The notes: generated from the letters alone by a model not told the origin. Shown: positions 11,035 to 21,717, numbered from the stretch's first letter. The stretch is 64,000 bases of DNA from an uncultured Verrucomicrobiae bacterium (GCA_963782115.1 CAWAIK010000003.1:64001-128000); one strand, 5' to 3'. A program made the numbers and translations.

Positions 11035-11543
11035 TAACTACGGTGCATTAAAGGGTAGAGTAATTCTTGGAACCACCGAACGTCTAAATCGGGGAAGGAC
11101 GTGACCCCAGGCAGTGCAATTCGTATTATGCCAGCCGCGGCTATTAATGGGATAAGTTGCTTGGGCGTAGTAGAGTTAGCAACAGTTATGCCACTACGCA
11201 GCGCGGCAAGCGAGAGTTTATGGTAATCATTGAAGGAACAGATAAGAGCAAGCGAGGAGAGCGAGAACGATGGATGGCCCCTGAGGCCTCTAAGGCGGTC
11301 TTGACTCCGAAACTTATTAACTTTGAACAAGGTCGCAAGGCGCTCGAGAAGGGGCCTTAGAGGAAGAGCAGAGTCATGTGAGGTTGAGAAAGAGCATTAC
11401 CATCTGGCGCCCCAAAAACATAGAGGAGTCGTCTCCTAGCGGTCTCCAGTTCGACGATTAAAAAACCAAGTGAGTACATGATATTAAAAATTTCTCTTTT
11501 TTTTGCGATAAGCGCGTTTTTGTTAAAACGCTTCAACATTCTC

Positions 11544-11837
11544 TCAACTGCCAAAGAGATCAGGATCAAATTCAGGACTCCGCGATGGTTGGTACCAATT
11601 GTCGTTTTCAGAATTCGCAGCCTGCTGGTTACTGGGAAATGGACTTATGAGTCTGGCGTCAAATCCGGTGCCCGTTGAGGAACAACCTGTTGCAAGGACA
11701 ACGGTCGCCCCAAGCGCTACTGCTAGTAACGCAGCTCGCTCGATTTGCTTCGCGAAAACGCCGGCACAATGGTCAGGAAGTAGAGTAACCCTGCTCGAAG
11801 GACCCGCTGTTTGCACTAAGGATTGATTTATTTTCAT
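11544..11837 (-). CDS. Small putative lipoprotein
   Basis: GGAG RBS; hydrophobic segment ending LATG-C. Confidence 0.55.
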   Translation of the reverse strand: MKINQSLVQTAGPSSRVTLLPDHCAGVFAKQIERAALLAVALGATVVLATGCSSTGTGFDARLISPFPSNQQAANSENDNWYQPSRSPEFDPDLFGS

Positions 11838-11944
11838 TCGATGACTCCATAAATAACTACCGGTATTCGTCCGCGTTTATTCCGAGAGCAACGCCCCTTC
11901 TCGTTAATTCTTTGCCGATCTCGAAGCCGATGCCGCGCGACGCT

Positions 11945-12228
11945 CCATCCCACATTTGTGGAAAGGGCTGTCCCGAAAATATCCACTCCTTGCGAAATTT
12001 CCGATTCCTAGTGCCCGATCAACTGAGCACCGAGAAGCCGTCCAGTTACTTTTATCTCCACAGATTCGAAAACACGATTTCTTGGGCGCCAGGATAGTAA
12101 GCTTTGTGATCCCAAAAGGCGGACTGATCGGTACGCTTTTCGAGCCTCTTTCTTCCCAAAGATTCGTGCGCGCGATCGCAAGGCTCAAATACCTTGACCA
12201 CTTGAGTACCGAGCGACTGGCAAATTCT
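11945..12228 (-). pseudogene. C-terminal fragment of a CoA-disulfide reductase-like FAD oxidoreductase
   Basis: Pieces in several frames: SLGTQVVKVFE, LAIART, FWDHKAYYPGA, TGRLLGAQLIGH, VDIFGTAL. Confidence 0.6.
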
Positions 12229-12425
12229 TGGGGAAGATCCCGAAAGATGTTTGGGCAATGGCTTCCTGAGCCATTGTCTGAATCTCGGCGAATGGTGCGG
12301 AGCCTGCCCTTTTTGATTCCAAACTCAACCAGTCTGAGACCTCAAGTTGGGCCAGGACTTTGCGTTGGCCTGGATTGGCGACTCCCCAATCCACGAAACT
12401 GTCCCAGGCGTGCTGCAGTCTATAG
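12229..12425 (-). pseudogene. Internal fragment of a TetR-family regulator C-terminal domain
   Basis: LQHAWDSFVDWGVANPGQRKVLAQLEVSD..SKRAGSAPFAEIQ; HTH absent. Confidence 0.6.
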
Positions 12426-12429
12426 TGGT

Positions 12430-13344
12430 TCAGCTGGACCTTTTTAACTTTAGCACAACTCCATTCTGCCGATGATCGCGAATAAATTTTGCAAGTTCCA
12501 GTACACACCGACTCGCCTTCCGTCGGCGGGACATGGCGAGAGCGAGCGTCCGCCGAGGCGGGGTGCCGTCGAGCGAACGGTAAACAATACCCCCTTCCGG
12601 TCCTTGATTGCGGGCCATCTCGGGAATGAGTGAGATACCTAAGCCGGCCTGGACCATTGCCAGCACGGTGGCGATCTGGGCGCTGCGACAACTGATCTGG
12701 GGACGCAGTCCTTTGGTTTGACAAAACCGCTGGGCCTGGGCTCCGAGGCAATGATCCTCTTGCATGAGAATAAACTTTTCCTGCTGCAGATCTGCCGCGA
12801 CTACCACTCTCTGGCGGACCAGTGGGTGGCCAGCAGGCAGGCAAAGCAAGAGTTCCTCGCTGAAGAGGTTCTCGACCCGAATCCGAGGATTGGGAGCGGC
12901 ATCGCTGATCAGGGCGAGGTCGAATTCGTTTTCCTCCAGGCCCCGGAGGAGTTGTAACGTAGCCTCCTCGTGAATGATTAACTCGACACCGCGGTATTTT
13001 TCTCGAAACAGCCGGATGATCTCGGGCAGGAAATAAGGCGCGATAGTCGGAAGCGCGGCCAGGAGGACCTGTCCGCGAACCTGACCGCTCATCTCGCGGA
13101 TCTCTTGGCGTCCCCGCTCGGCCGTCTCAAGGATGCTCAGCGCATGCGGCAAAAAGAGCGCACCAGCGGGAGTGAGAATCGCTCGGCGCCGGGTCCGCTC
13201 GAAGAGTCGATCGCCAACCTCAGATTCCAGCTTTTGGATCTGCTGGCTGAGCGAGGGCTGGGCAACACGGCATTCGCCCGCGGCTCGACTGAAAGTGCCA
13301 GTGCGAGCCACTGCCACAAAATAGCGCAGCTGGTGCATCTCCAT
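12430..13344 (-). CDS. oxyR: Hydrogen peroxide-sensing LysR regulator OxyR
   Basis: LysR HTH; DHCLGAQAQRFC has two Cys nine residues apart as in OxyR C199/C208; divergent from catalase across an OxyR box. Confidence 0.85.
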   Translation of the reverse strand: MEMHQLRYFVAVARTGTFSRAAGECRVAQPSLSQQIQKLESEVGDRLFERTRRRAILTPAGALFLPHALSILETAERGRQEIREMSGQVRGQVLLAALPTIAPYFLPEIIRLFREKYRGVELIIHEEATLQLLRGLEENEFDLALISDAAPNPRIRVENLFSEELLLCLPAGHPLVRQRVVVAADLQQEKFILMQEDHCLGAQAQRFCQTKGLRPQISCRSAQIATVLAMVQAGLGISLIPEMARNQGPEGGIVYRSLDGTPPRRTLALAMSRRRKASRCVLELAKFIRDHRQNGVVLKLKRSS

Positions 13345-13390
13345 AGGTTCATCCTATGTTACATATAGAAAACATATATTTCCACTCTAT
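13343..13390. promoter_or_regulatory. OxyR operator
   Basis: ATAG-N7-CTAT-N7-ATAG-N7-ATAT-N7-CTAT at 13343, 13354, 13365, 13376, 13387. Confidence 0.85.
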
Positions 13391-13436
13391 GGAAAGAGCG
13401 ACTACGCTCCGTGATCAACCGTAATCAGGAGCAAGC

Positions 13437-14978
13437 ATGTCACAACAATCTAATCGGCCCCCGACCTTGACCACAGCATCTGGAGCACCAGTTGACGATA
13501 ACCAAAATAGTATCACTGCCGGCCCGCGTGGTCCGGTGTTGCTGCAGGACTATTGGTTGCTGGAAAAGTTGGCAACCTTTAATCGTGAGCGTATTCCGGA
13601 GCGAATCGTTCATGCGAAAGGCTCGGCCGCACACGGAACTTTGACGATCGCGAACGATATCACGAAGTATTCGAAGGCTGGGGTATTCAGCAAGGTAGGA
13701 AAACAGGTGCCGGCATACTTACGGTTTTCGACTGTAGCTGGTGAGCGGGGTGCAGCTGATGCAGAAAGAGATGTCCGCGGGTTTGCGCTCAAATTCTATA
13801 CTGAGGAAGGGAATTGGGATCTGGTGGGTAACAACACGCCAGTGTTTTTTGTTCGGGATCCATTGAAGTTTCCCGATTTCATTCATACCCAGAAAAGAGA
13901 TCCGAAGACGAACCTGCGCAATAATGCCGCAGCCTGGGATTTCTGGAGCCTATCACCCGAGTCGCTTCACCAGGTGACGATTCTGATGAGTGATCGTGGA
14001 TTGCCACAAAATTTCCGCCAGATGAACGGATTTGGTTCCCATACCTACAGCTTCATCAATGCGAAAGGCGAAAGGTACTGGGTGAAATTCCATTTCACGA
14101 CCATGCAGGGTCATGCCTTTTACACCGATCAGGAAGCGGCCGAGGTGGTCGGCAGTGACCGCGAGTCAGCCCAGCGAGATCTTTTCGAAAACATCGAGGG
14201 TGGCAACTATCCCCGGTGGCGTTTCTGCGTCCAGGTTATGCCTGAAGATGAAGCGGAAACTTATCGCTGGAATCCGTTCGATCTGACCAAGGTTTGGCCG
14301 CACGCCGATTACCCGCTGATTGAAATCGGTATCCTGGAGCTGAATCGCAATCCAGAAAATTATTTTGCCGAGGTGGAACAAGCTGCATTTTCGCCGGCCA
14401 ATATTGTGCCAGGGATCGGTCACTCGCCGGATAAGATGCTGCAGGCGCGAATCTTTTCCTACGCTGACGCCCATCGTTATCGGCTCGGAGTGAACCATGA
14501 TTTGATTCCTGTTAATAAACCCCGTTGTCCAGTCATGAATTACCATCGGGACGGCTTCATGCGGGTCGATGAGAATGGTGGCGGACGCGTAAATTACGAA
14601 CCGAACAGTTTCAATGGTCCAGTGCAACGCGCGGCCTTTGATGAACCGCCGCTGCGCATCACGGGTGACGCGACTCGTTACAATCACCGCGACGGCAACG
14701 ATGATTATACGCAGGCGGGCAATCTATTTCGATTAATGAACCCGGAACAGCGTGACCGTTTATTTGGGAACATCGCTCGACACATGCAAGCAGGCAATAC
14801 ACCGCAAGAAATTCAGGTGCGTCAACTCTGCCATTTCTTCCGTGCGGATCCCGGATACGGGTTTGGGGTCTCAAAAGCACTTGGCATCGAACTGAGCGAG
14901 GATGTGGTTCGAAGCCTTGTATCAGCCTCGACCGGCGACAGTGAATTGGTCGCTGCGGAAGTGCCGAGTTCGCACTGA
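13437..14978 (+). CDS. katA: Monofunctional small-subunit heme catalase
   Basis: [18 protein letters not shown] distal His motif; [12 protein letters not shown] proximal Tyr motif; GGAG RBS. Confidence 0.97.
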   Translation: MSQQSNRPPTLTTASGAPVDDNQNSITAGPRGPVLLQDYWLLEKLATFNRERIPERIVHAKGSAAHGTLTIANDITKYSKAGVFSKVGKQVPAYLRFSTVAGERGAADAERDVRGFALKFYTEEGNWDLVGNNTPVFFVRDPLKFPDFIHTQKRDPKTNLRNNAAAWDFWSLSPESLHQVTILMSDRGLPQNFRQMNGFGSHTYSFINAKGERYWVKFHFTTMQGHAFYTDQEAAEVVGSDRESAQRDLFENIEGGNYPRWRFCVQVMPEDEAETYRWNPFDLTKVWPHADYPLIEIGILELNRNPENYFAEVEQAAFSPANIVPGIGHSPDKMLQARIFSYADAHRYRLGVNHDLIPVNKPRCPVMNYHRDGFMRVDENGGGRVNYEPNSFNGPVQRAAFDEPPLRITGDATRYNHRDGNDDYTQAGNLFRLMNPEQRDRLFGNIARHMQAGNTPQEIQVRQLCHFFRADPGYGFGVSKALGIELSEDVVRSLVSASTGDSELVAAEVPSSH

Positions 14979-15101
14979 CGTAGAGGAGGACCGCCGTCAA
15001 ATTCTTGCCCTCACAGAGCAAGAATTTGCTCGGCCCTCTTTGGAGAGCAGTTTCTACAGGTGCTCGCTGTCGTTGGGCGGGGGCAAAAGCGCAGGTGTGA
15101 G

Positions 15102-16253
15102 ATGAGCATATTTTGTTTTGGCCTTAGCCATCAGACAGCGGCAGTCGACGTGCTCGAGAGATTCGCGATTCCGGAATCTGCTTTGCCCGAAGCATTGGTG
15201 CGACTGAAGAGTATGCCAGGGCTCACCGAGGGCCTCATTGTCTCAACTTGCAATCGAACGGAATTTTATGTCACCGGAGAGTTCCGGGACAGCTCGGCTC
15301 CGGCTTTTTTCGAGAGCTTCTATCGAGATTTCCTGGCCGGCGACGAAACGCATCTGTTCCGCCTATGGGCTAACCACTGTGTTCGTCACCTGTTTCAAGT
15401 AGCTTCTGGTCTGGAATCGATGGTCGTTGGAGAAACGGAAATTTTTGGCCAGGTCAAGCGTGCTTACGAGTTTGCGACTGGCGCAAAGACGACTGGCAAG
15501 CTCCTGAATCGACTTTTTCAAAAATCGTTTCAAGTAGGTAAACAGGTACGCTCTTCTACTGCGATCACGCGTGGTAATGTTTCCGTCGGTTCCGTGGCGG
15601 TGGATTTGGCAGAACAGATCTTTGGAGATCTAGACGGGTGCAAGATCATGATTCTCGGAGCTGGCGAAACCAGCGAAAAGACCGCAAAAGCTTTTCGGTC
15701 TCGCGGAGCGGAACAAATTTTTGTCTCCAGTCGCTCTTTCGAGCGAGCGCAAGCTTTGGCGACAATTACTGGCGGACGAGCAATTCATTTTGAGGATTGG
15801 GAGCAAGAGTTCCGCGACCTGGATATACTAGTCAGTTCGACGGCAGCTCCGCACGCGATCATCACCCTGGATAAGTTAGCGCCGTTCTTGCGAGCTCGCC
15901 GGCACCGGCCGCTCTTCATGATCGATTTGGCGATGCCACGTGACATCGAGCCGGCCGTTCGCAAGTTGGACGGCGTTTATTTGTACGACCTCGATTCGGT
16001 GCAGAGTATGGCTGGGCAAACTCTCGCGGTTCGTAAGCAAGAATCGGTAAAATGTCATCAGCTAATTGAACATCACGTTCAGGACTTTCAGCTGTGGATT
16101 GAACGCACCCAGACATCGAATTTTCCCTCGATCGTCGTCGAATTGCAGGGGGGCGAAAAAGCCAGCCTTACCGACCCGCGCGGGCCGACCGCAGCGCGAT
16201 TCTGGCCACAGCGGGAGTGGAGGCCGACGCCACTGGCTCGTGATCTAGCCTAA
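15102..16253 (+). CDS. hemA: Glutamyl-tRNA reductase
   Basis: GLSHQTA, catalytic STCNRTEFY, SGLESMVVGETEIFGQVK, GAGET, IDLAMPRDIE; start placed at ATG 15102. Confidence 0.93.
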   Translation: MSIFCFGLSHQTAAVDVLERFAIPESALPEALVRLKSMPGLTEGLIVSTCNRTEFYVTGEFRDSSAPAFFESFYRDFLAGDETHLFRLWANHCVRHLFQVASGLESMVVGETEIFGQVKRAYEFATGAKTTGKLLNRLFQKSFQVGKQVRSSTAITRGNVSVGSVAVDLAEQIFGDLDGCKIMILGAGETSEKTAKAFRSRGAEQIFVSSRSFERAQALATITGGRAIHFEDWEQEFRDLDILVSSTAAPHAIITLDKLAPFLRARRHRPLFMIDLAMPRDIEPAVRKLDGVYLYDLDSVQSMAGQTLAVRKQESVKCHQLIEHHVQDFQLWIERTQTSNFPSIVVELQGGEKASLTDPRGPTAARFWPQREWRPTPLARDLA

Positions 16254-16438
16254 AGCAATGTTCAGCTTCGTGGGACATGTCAAAACACAGTTTGATTTGA
16301 ACCTACCGGGAGATTTTATATTTATCAGAGTATGAGTTCCGTCAGCTCGGTGGTTGGCCTCAGTACGGCCTGTATAAAGGACGTGATCAGACTCTAAAAC
16401 AAGTTAGCGAGGAAACGGTTTTTGAAAATCAACAGCGG

Positions 16439-17035
16439 TCAGATCTCCGCTTTAAGGGTGGAGAAGCTCTCTCGCAGGTACTTCACTAAAGACCGCTTCC
16501 CGTTCTCTTGCCTCCAGGATTCCATCGCGAGGCGCATCGCGCCAATCGAGACCATCGCAACCATTCCAAGCGAGTCCCTCCGCTTTGGCTGCGGCCACAG
16601 CTCACAAAGAGCAGCAAAGACATTTTGCTCCATCTCTACAAAGACGGCTTGTTTGCGTGTACGAAGCCCTTCGGTCGATCCCATCAGTCCATCGACCACA
16701 ATGGATTCCTTGGTCTCATAACGTGAGATCAGTTGCAGGAGGCAGTTTCGAACAGCGTCAAGCGGCGTTTGATCTGTCGACTGCTCAAGCATGGCGGGCT
16801 TAAGAGCTTTCAGGAAGCCGCCCCCTTGGCACGCCATCAGGATGTCCTCTTTAGACTTGAAGTAGTAGAAGAACGTCCGCCGGGCGATACCAGCCTCCGC
16901 AGCAATCGCTTCGAGAGTCGTTCCTTCGTAGCCGTTTTCCACAAAGAGTTTCAGCCCGGTCTCCGTGATGCGTTGCAGCGTTTCCCGCTTTTTCCGCTCG
17001 CGAAGCCCCTTATTCTTTGTGGAAGTGTCTTGCAT
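16439..17035 (-). CDS. TetR/AcrR family regulator
   Basis: GLRERKKRET...GYEGTTLEAIAAEAGIARRTFFYYFKSKED; start placed at ATG 17035. Confidence 0.92.
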   Translation of the reverse strand: MQDTSTKNKGLRERKKRETLQRITETGLKLFVENGYEGTTLEAIAAEAGIARRTFFYYFKSKEDILMACQGGGFLKALKPAMLEQSTDQTPLDAVRNCLLQLISRYETKESIVVDGLMGSTEGLRTRKQAVFVEMEQNVFAALCELWPQPKRRDSLGMVAMVSIGAMRLAMESWRQENGKRSLVKYLRESFSTLKAEI

Positions 17036-17066
17036 GTCCGAACGTCGCATCCACTCATTGTAAACG

Positions 17067-17226
17067 TGCACTCGGTGCGATGTAAAATCTTCGCTTCTGA
17101 CATCAGTGTTGAGGCTCGTGAAAACCGCATCCAGAGTCGCAGAGAGGACCTTTGGAGCAATCACTCAGCAGGATCTTGCAAAACTTAGCACTGGGTGTAA
17201 TATCACTAAACTTGCACTGAGTGCGA
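17067..17226. promoter_or_regulatory. Three related palindromic operators, probably for the adjacent TetR
   Basis: TGCACTCGGTGCGA (17067), AGCACTGGGTGTAA (17187), TGCACTGAGTGCGA (17213) in the divergent intergenic region. Confidence 0.65.
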
Positions 17227-17249
17227 TTTATTAAGAAGAGGAGACTGTA

Positions 17250-17858
17250 ATGAGAGTTATTGTTATCGGCACTGGGACGATCGGGTCCGCAGTCAAGAAG
17301 GCAATGGAAGAAAAGGGTCATGAGGTCGTACCGGTGTCCCGCAACTCTGGGGAGTTCCGCGCAGATATCTCTGATTCGGAGAGCCTTAAGGCGCTCTTCA
17401 GAAAGGTCGGCCACTTCGATGCCGTGGCGTGCGCGGCGGGCGATGTCTTTCCGGCACTCCTCGAGCAGACCACCGACGAGCAATGGGCGAATTCGATCAA
17501 GTCCAAAGGGATGGGGCAAATCGACCTGGTCAGAGCGGCGCTGCCATTCATTGCCGACAGGGGATCATTTACATTGGTGTCGGGCGTTCTGACCGACGAA
17601 TACACGGCCGGCGGCGTTATCGGAACGGTTATCAATCATATAGTCGAGGGCTTTACCAAGGCGGCGGCCGTCGAGCTGCCGCGTGGCGTGCGGATCAACT
17701 GCATTAGCCCAACGGTGCTAACGGAGTCGGTGGTCTACCATCCGTTCTTCCCCGGCTTCATACCTGTGGACGCCCGGGAGGTCGGGCAAGCTTATGTACG
17801 AGCGATTTCGAACCCGTTCACCGGCCGCATCCTCAAGCTGCACAAGACCGATTCGTGA
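17250..17858 (+). CDS. Short-chain dehydrogenase (compact type)
   Basis: GTGTIG, SKGMGQIDLV, GSFTLVSG, ELPRGVRINCISP; GAGGAG RBS. Confidence 0.9.
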   Translation: MRVIVIGTGTIGSAVKKAMEEKGHEVVPVSRNSGEFRADISDSESLKALFRKVGHFDAVACAAGDVFPALLEQTTDEQWANSIKSKGMGQIDLVRAALPFIADRGSFTLVSGVLTDEYTAGGVIGTVINHIVEGFTKAAAVELPRGVRINCISPTVLTESVVYHPFFPGFIPVDAREVGQAYVRAISNPFTGRILKLHKTDS

Positions 17859-17899
17859 CAGCCGGCGCGCCGTCTATGAGCGCCATCCCTGACTCGACT

Positions 17900-18160
17900 C
17901 GCGTCCCACTCGTGGCTTCCAGTGTCAACGGAGCCGAATGGAAGATTGGACAGGGTTTCTTTAGGGACTTTGTCAAGCTTCCCATTCCCTGGCGAAAGGC
18001 CGGCTGCGCGGCGATGGCCGGCGAGAACGCCGATTGCAATGTCATCGTAAACAGGATCGTGGCTGGGCCTTCCGGCATGGATTTCGCCGGCACCCTCGCG
18101 GAGCTGGCCGAAGGCGTCAGGGAATTCGCTTGGGGGGATCGAGTTTTCGGTGCCACGCAA
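17900..18160 (+). pseudogene. N-terminal fragment of an MDR / NADPH:quinone oxidoreductase
   Basis: VASSVNGAEWKI..G and GMDFAGTLAELAEGVREFAWGDRVFG. Confidence 0.6.
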
Positions 18161-18319
18161 AAAGCCAAGCATCTGAAAAGCTCCTATAAGATTACAATGA
18201 AGCAGTTATGGCCAGCATCATTGGACTGAGTGGCAGTCTCCTGCGCGCATCTTTCAACGCCATGCTGCTTCGCGCCAGCCTCCCAGCTGGCGCCGGCCGG
18301 AACTACTGTTGAAATCGCC

Positions 18320-18545
18320 TCGATACGCGGCATTTCCTTTGTACGACGGCGATGGTACAGGAATTGAAGACGAGGATCGTCGCGACGGACGGTCTTTTGA
18401 TCGTTACGCCCGAATACAACAATTCGATTCCCGGCGTCCTGAAGAATGCGTTTGATTCGGTGTCCAGACCTGCCGAAGACATCCAGAACGCGTTCGGCGG
18501 CCGGCCCGTGGCCGTCATAGGCGCGACCCCGGGCAGGGGGGTACT
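18320..18545 (+). pseudogene. Internal fragment of NADPH-dependent FMN reductase
   Basis: DGLLIVTPEYNNSIPGVLKNAFDSVSRP...GRPVAVIGATPG. Confidence 0.8.
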
Positions 18546-18619
18546 TCGCTCGCGAAGACAGCATGGCTTCCAGTCTAGTGGACGCTTGGTAAAACCTCTT
18601 GGTTCGGCGGCAGTTCCTA

Positions 18620-19235
18620 TGTTTGCGGATTTAGTGAAGGTTATAACGTCAATTCCCGAATAGGACGTCATCCAAAACCAAAAATCATGGCCGCCGATCG
18701 CGACATTGAAGACGCCCGGTGGAAGCAATTCACGAATATGTTCTGAGATGCGCACCACGGTAAGTGGGGTAAATGGAGATGCTCTCAGAACGACTGTTTC
18801 ACCAGCCAGTAACGCTGGGGAGTACCTTCCCGAATGAAAATATAATTGGCAAATTCCATGGGCTGCTAGCACCGCCATCAGTCGGAACATAACGCTTCGT
18901 GATGTGCCTATATGTTGCAGTTCTTGTTCTTTCTCATATAGTTCCATTTGCATGAGGACCGGTCTAAACGTTTTGTTAAGCAGATCGATTTCCCACCGTG
19001 CTTGAGCTAAAGGGCCGCCCTGTTCTGCAGTAAACAGCCCGCTCAACTCATCGGCGTGTTCGTCTATTTTGTTGCGCAAGCTAGCCAATGTTGCTTTTCG
19101 GCGTCCGAATGGAACAGCACCCCATCCTGCAAATGCATTTCGCGCATCACTGATTGCCTTATTTAACAACGCGCGATTTACATAGGGAATGGCGGCTAGT
19201 TGCTTTCCAGTAGCAGGCTTGATGACAGATAGTAG
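18620..19235 (-). pseudogene. Aldehyde dehydrogenase N-terminal fragment (copy 1)
   Basis: VIKPATGK, TAEQGGPLAQARWEI, PALLAGETVVLRASPFTPLT, LPPGVFNV. Confidence 0.8.
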
Positions 19236-19395
19236 AGATTCATCCTCCAAACCGATAAAGCACTGAACCGTAAAAACGGCTTTTCTTTGTCCCAATTGCC
19301 GTAATCGGTGTCTCAAATAGGATCGAGATGAAGTAATGTGGACGTAGTATTTACTTCGTTCGCTCAGCTTCGAAGCCAGATCGAATTCTAGTTAG

Positions 19396-19503
19396 TAAGG
19401 CGGTAGCGATCCTCGGCTCCGGCGTTACGGGAGTTCAAGGCGACATATCAAACCTGGATGACCTCGCCAGGTCTTCTCAATGGGCTGGCGAAGACGGGAA
19501 TGC
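19396..19503 (+). pseudogene. Deletion remnant of a duplicate of the SDR at 21878-22627
   Basis: Near-identical to 22009-22079 joined directly to 22431-22469. Confidence 0.85.
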
Positions 19504-19694
19504 TGGTTCTCCAGGCAGGACTTTGCCTCCTCAGTCGTGGTGTGGGCGGCAACGCTAATATTCATCAGCCGCTTCGATCGATCAAGCTCGGTCCGAAACA
19601 TGACTTCTTTCGCTCAGAAATCCAAAGGTACAAATTTATTCGGAACCGTTTTACTTGTCTTCTGACCAATTTGTGCTTAAATAACCTTAAGTAA

Positions 19695-19706
19695 GTGTAA
19701 TTACAC
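19695..19706. promoter_or_regulatory. Palindromic operator before marR-type gene
   Basis: Perfect palindrome GTGTAATTACAC 3 nt before the ATG; variant GTGTATTTACAC at 24087-24098. Confidence 0.65.
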
Positions 19707-19709
19707 CTA

Positions 19710-20189
19710 ATGCAACAAGAAACGCATAAAAGATTGCACGCGCCCGAGCTTGGTCCCTGCGTCTGTTCTCAGGTTCGCAGATTAGCGAGGAAACTTTCCT
19801 CCCTTTACGACACTCTTTTGTCTCCCGAGGGCCTCACCATCACGCAGTATTCGTTACTCGCTAACATTGAGCGCGCCGGCCAACTGAGCCACACGGTCCT
19901 AGCCGACAAGGTCGGGATGGAACGCACCACATTGACGCGCAATCTACGTCCGCTCACGAGGGCGAAATGGGTTGCCGCCGGGACCGGTAACGATCGACGG
20001 CAACACTTGCTTCAACTCACAGCAGCAGGAAGGCGGAAGCTGGTTCGCAGTTTGCCATTGTGGGAGGAAGCACAACGTCAATTTTTTTCTCAGATCGGTA
20101 CCGAATCCTTGCAGGAACTCAGAGCGCTCCTTGCCTTGTCGGAATCAGCCGTCACGAAAACTCTTACCGCAAATCAAGCTAAACCGTAG
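19710..20189 (+). CDS. MarR family regulator
   Basis: CVCSQVRRLARKL..YD..L...GLTITQYSLL, MERTTLTRNL, DRR...LQLTAAG. Confidence 0.92.
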   Translation: MQQETHKRLHAPELGPCVCSQVRRLARKLSSLYDTLLSPEGLTITQYSLLANIERAGQLSHTVLADKVGMERTTLTRNLRPLTRAKWVAAGTGNDRRQHLLQLTAAGRRKLVRSLPLWEEAQRQFFSQIGTESLQELRALLALSESAVTKTLTANQAKP

Positions 20190-20207
20190 CCCGCGCGATT
20201 ATGCACT

Positions 20208-21299
20208 ATGGAACTCCGGCATCTACGATATTTTGTAGCAGTAGGTGAAGCACTGAACTTCACCAAGGCCGCTGCGCGACTTCGAGTCGCACAACCCGCG
20301 TTAAGCCGACAGGTGCAGGATCTGGAGGATGAAATCGGCGTGGACCTTCTGCACCGCAGTACGCGCGGCGTGACACTTACGGCGGAGGGAAGGGTTTTTT
20401 TGGAAGAAGTCCGCGAGCTGCTAAAGCGCGCGCACGAGTCCGTGGAAAAAGTCCGCGCACTAGGCCGTGGAGAATACAGCGAGTTGCGCGTTGGCTACAC
20501 GCCAACTTTAGCGGTGGAAATTTTGCCGCCAGGGATTGCGGCGTTTCGAAAATCCACGCCGCGCGCAAAGGTACGGCTGTATGACCTCCTAAACGATGAA
20601 CTCGTCACCGGATTACGAAATGGCACGTTGGACCTCGCGATCATGGCCCAACTCAACGGCGCCCACACCGCAGGCATCGAGTTTGAATTGCTACGCACCT
20701 ACCCGGTGTGTGTCGCGCTGCCTGCTACGCACCCTTTCACTCGTCTGAAATCGGTCCCATTGGAAAAGGTTGCTGCCGAACCACTCATCGGACTCCGCCG
20801 CGAGGATTATCCCGAGTATTATCGTGGCCTCGAGAGCATCTTCGCTCCAATCGGCGTCAAACCACGCATCGCAATGGAATGCGACGCCACTAGTTCGCTC
20901 CTCATTGAAGTTGAAGCCGGGCACGGCATCGCATTGTGCATACCGATTTTCGAGCTCGTGACTGGCAAACGTCTGGTTTACCGCCCGGTCACCGGAACAA
21001 CGGAATTGGTGTCCATCGGCATCGCCCGCGCTACGAAGGGTGATGTGACACCCGCCGGGGCTAAATTTTGCGAAATATTGCGAAATATTTCAAACGGAGC
21101 GACTGCCGACAAACCAAGCCGGAACGGTCTTCACCGATTTTTTCCTGCGAATCATTCAGCAGATCACGACGAAAGTCACCGCTATCCCATAACCGACGGT
21201 CAGCACTCCCACGACTTTCAGAACTACGGGTCACCACACCCAACGCCAAAAAATCATACGATAACGCTCAGTGCGTCCGAGAGGCGACGCGCTTGTTAA
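20208..21299 (+). CDS. LysR family regulator (BenM/AlsR-like), C-terminus probably extended by read-through
   Basis: MELRHLRYF HTH; substrate-binding domain to about residue 295, then atypical tail. Confidence 0.9.
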   Translation: MELRHLRYFVAVGEALNFTKAAARLRVAQPALSRQVQDLEDEIGVDLLHRSTRGVTLTAEGRVFLEEVRELLKRAHESVEKVRALGRGEYSELRVGYTPTLAVEILPPGIAAFRKSTPRAKVRLYDLLNDELVTGLRNGTLDLAIMAQLNGAHTAGIEFELLRTYPVCVALPATHPFTRLKSVPLEKVAAEPLIGLRREDYPEYYRGLESIFAPIGVKPRIAMECDATSSLLIEVEAGHGIALCIPIFELVTGKRLVYRPVTGTTELVSIGIARATKGDVTPAGAKFCEILRNISNGATADKPSRNGLHRFFPANHSADHDESHRYPITDGQHSHDFQNYGSPHPTPKNHTITLSASERRRAC

Positions 21300-21353
21300 T
21301 CTGAGGATTGTCCCGCACCATGCCGCCGCTGAAGTCGGTCGCAATCTGTGCGT

Positions 21354-21692
21354 TCAAACGACCTCTTTCTGAGGGAACTTCTTTCCCAGTACACGCTTCC
21401 TATTCTGGTCTCCCCAGGCGCAAAGCGGAGCTAGCGATTTACCCAGCGACCTTCCGAATGGCGTGATGGAATACTCTACTTTAGGCGGAACCTGTTGATA
21501 ATCCTTACGCACCAATAAGTCGCTCTCCTGCATTTGCCGCAGATCCTGTATCAACATCTTCTCGCTTATCCCCGGCAGCAGCCGTCGAAGTTCGCCGAAC
21601 CGTCGAGGTGCGTGGCACAGACGGTAAAGGATAAGCATCTTCCACTTTCCTCCAATCAGAGCTAATACTGTGTCCAGTCCGCAATCAGTCAT
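21354..21692 (-). CDS. HxlR/DUF24 family regulator
   Basis: C..L..IGGKWK, RRFGELRR.LPGISEKML, VPPKVEYSIT; start placed at ATG 21692. Confidence 0.92.
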   Translation of the reverse strand: MTDCGLDTVLALIGGKWKMLILYRLCHAPRRFGELRRLLPGISEKMLIQDLRQMQESDLLVRKDYQQVPPKVEYSITPFGRSLGKSLAPLCAWGDQNRKRVLGKKFPQKEVV

Positions 21693-21717
21693 CGAGAGAA
21701 CCTCCAAACAATTTTGA

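Noticed and set aside
11157..11360. Possible IS256-like transposase shard
   Set aside because: Only a vague resemblance; no catalytic motif or terminal repeats.
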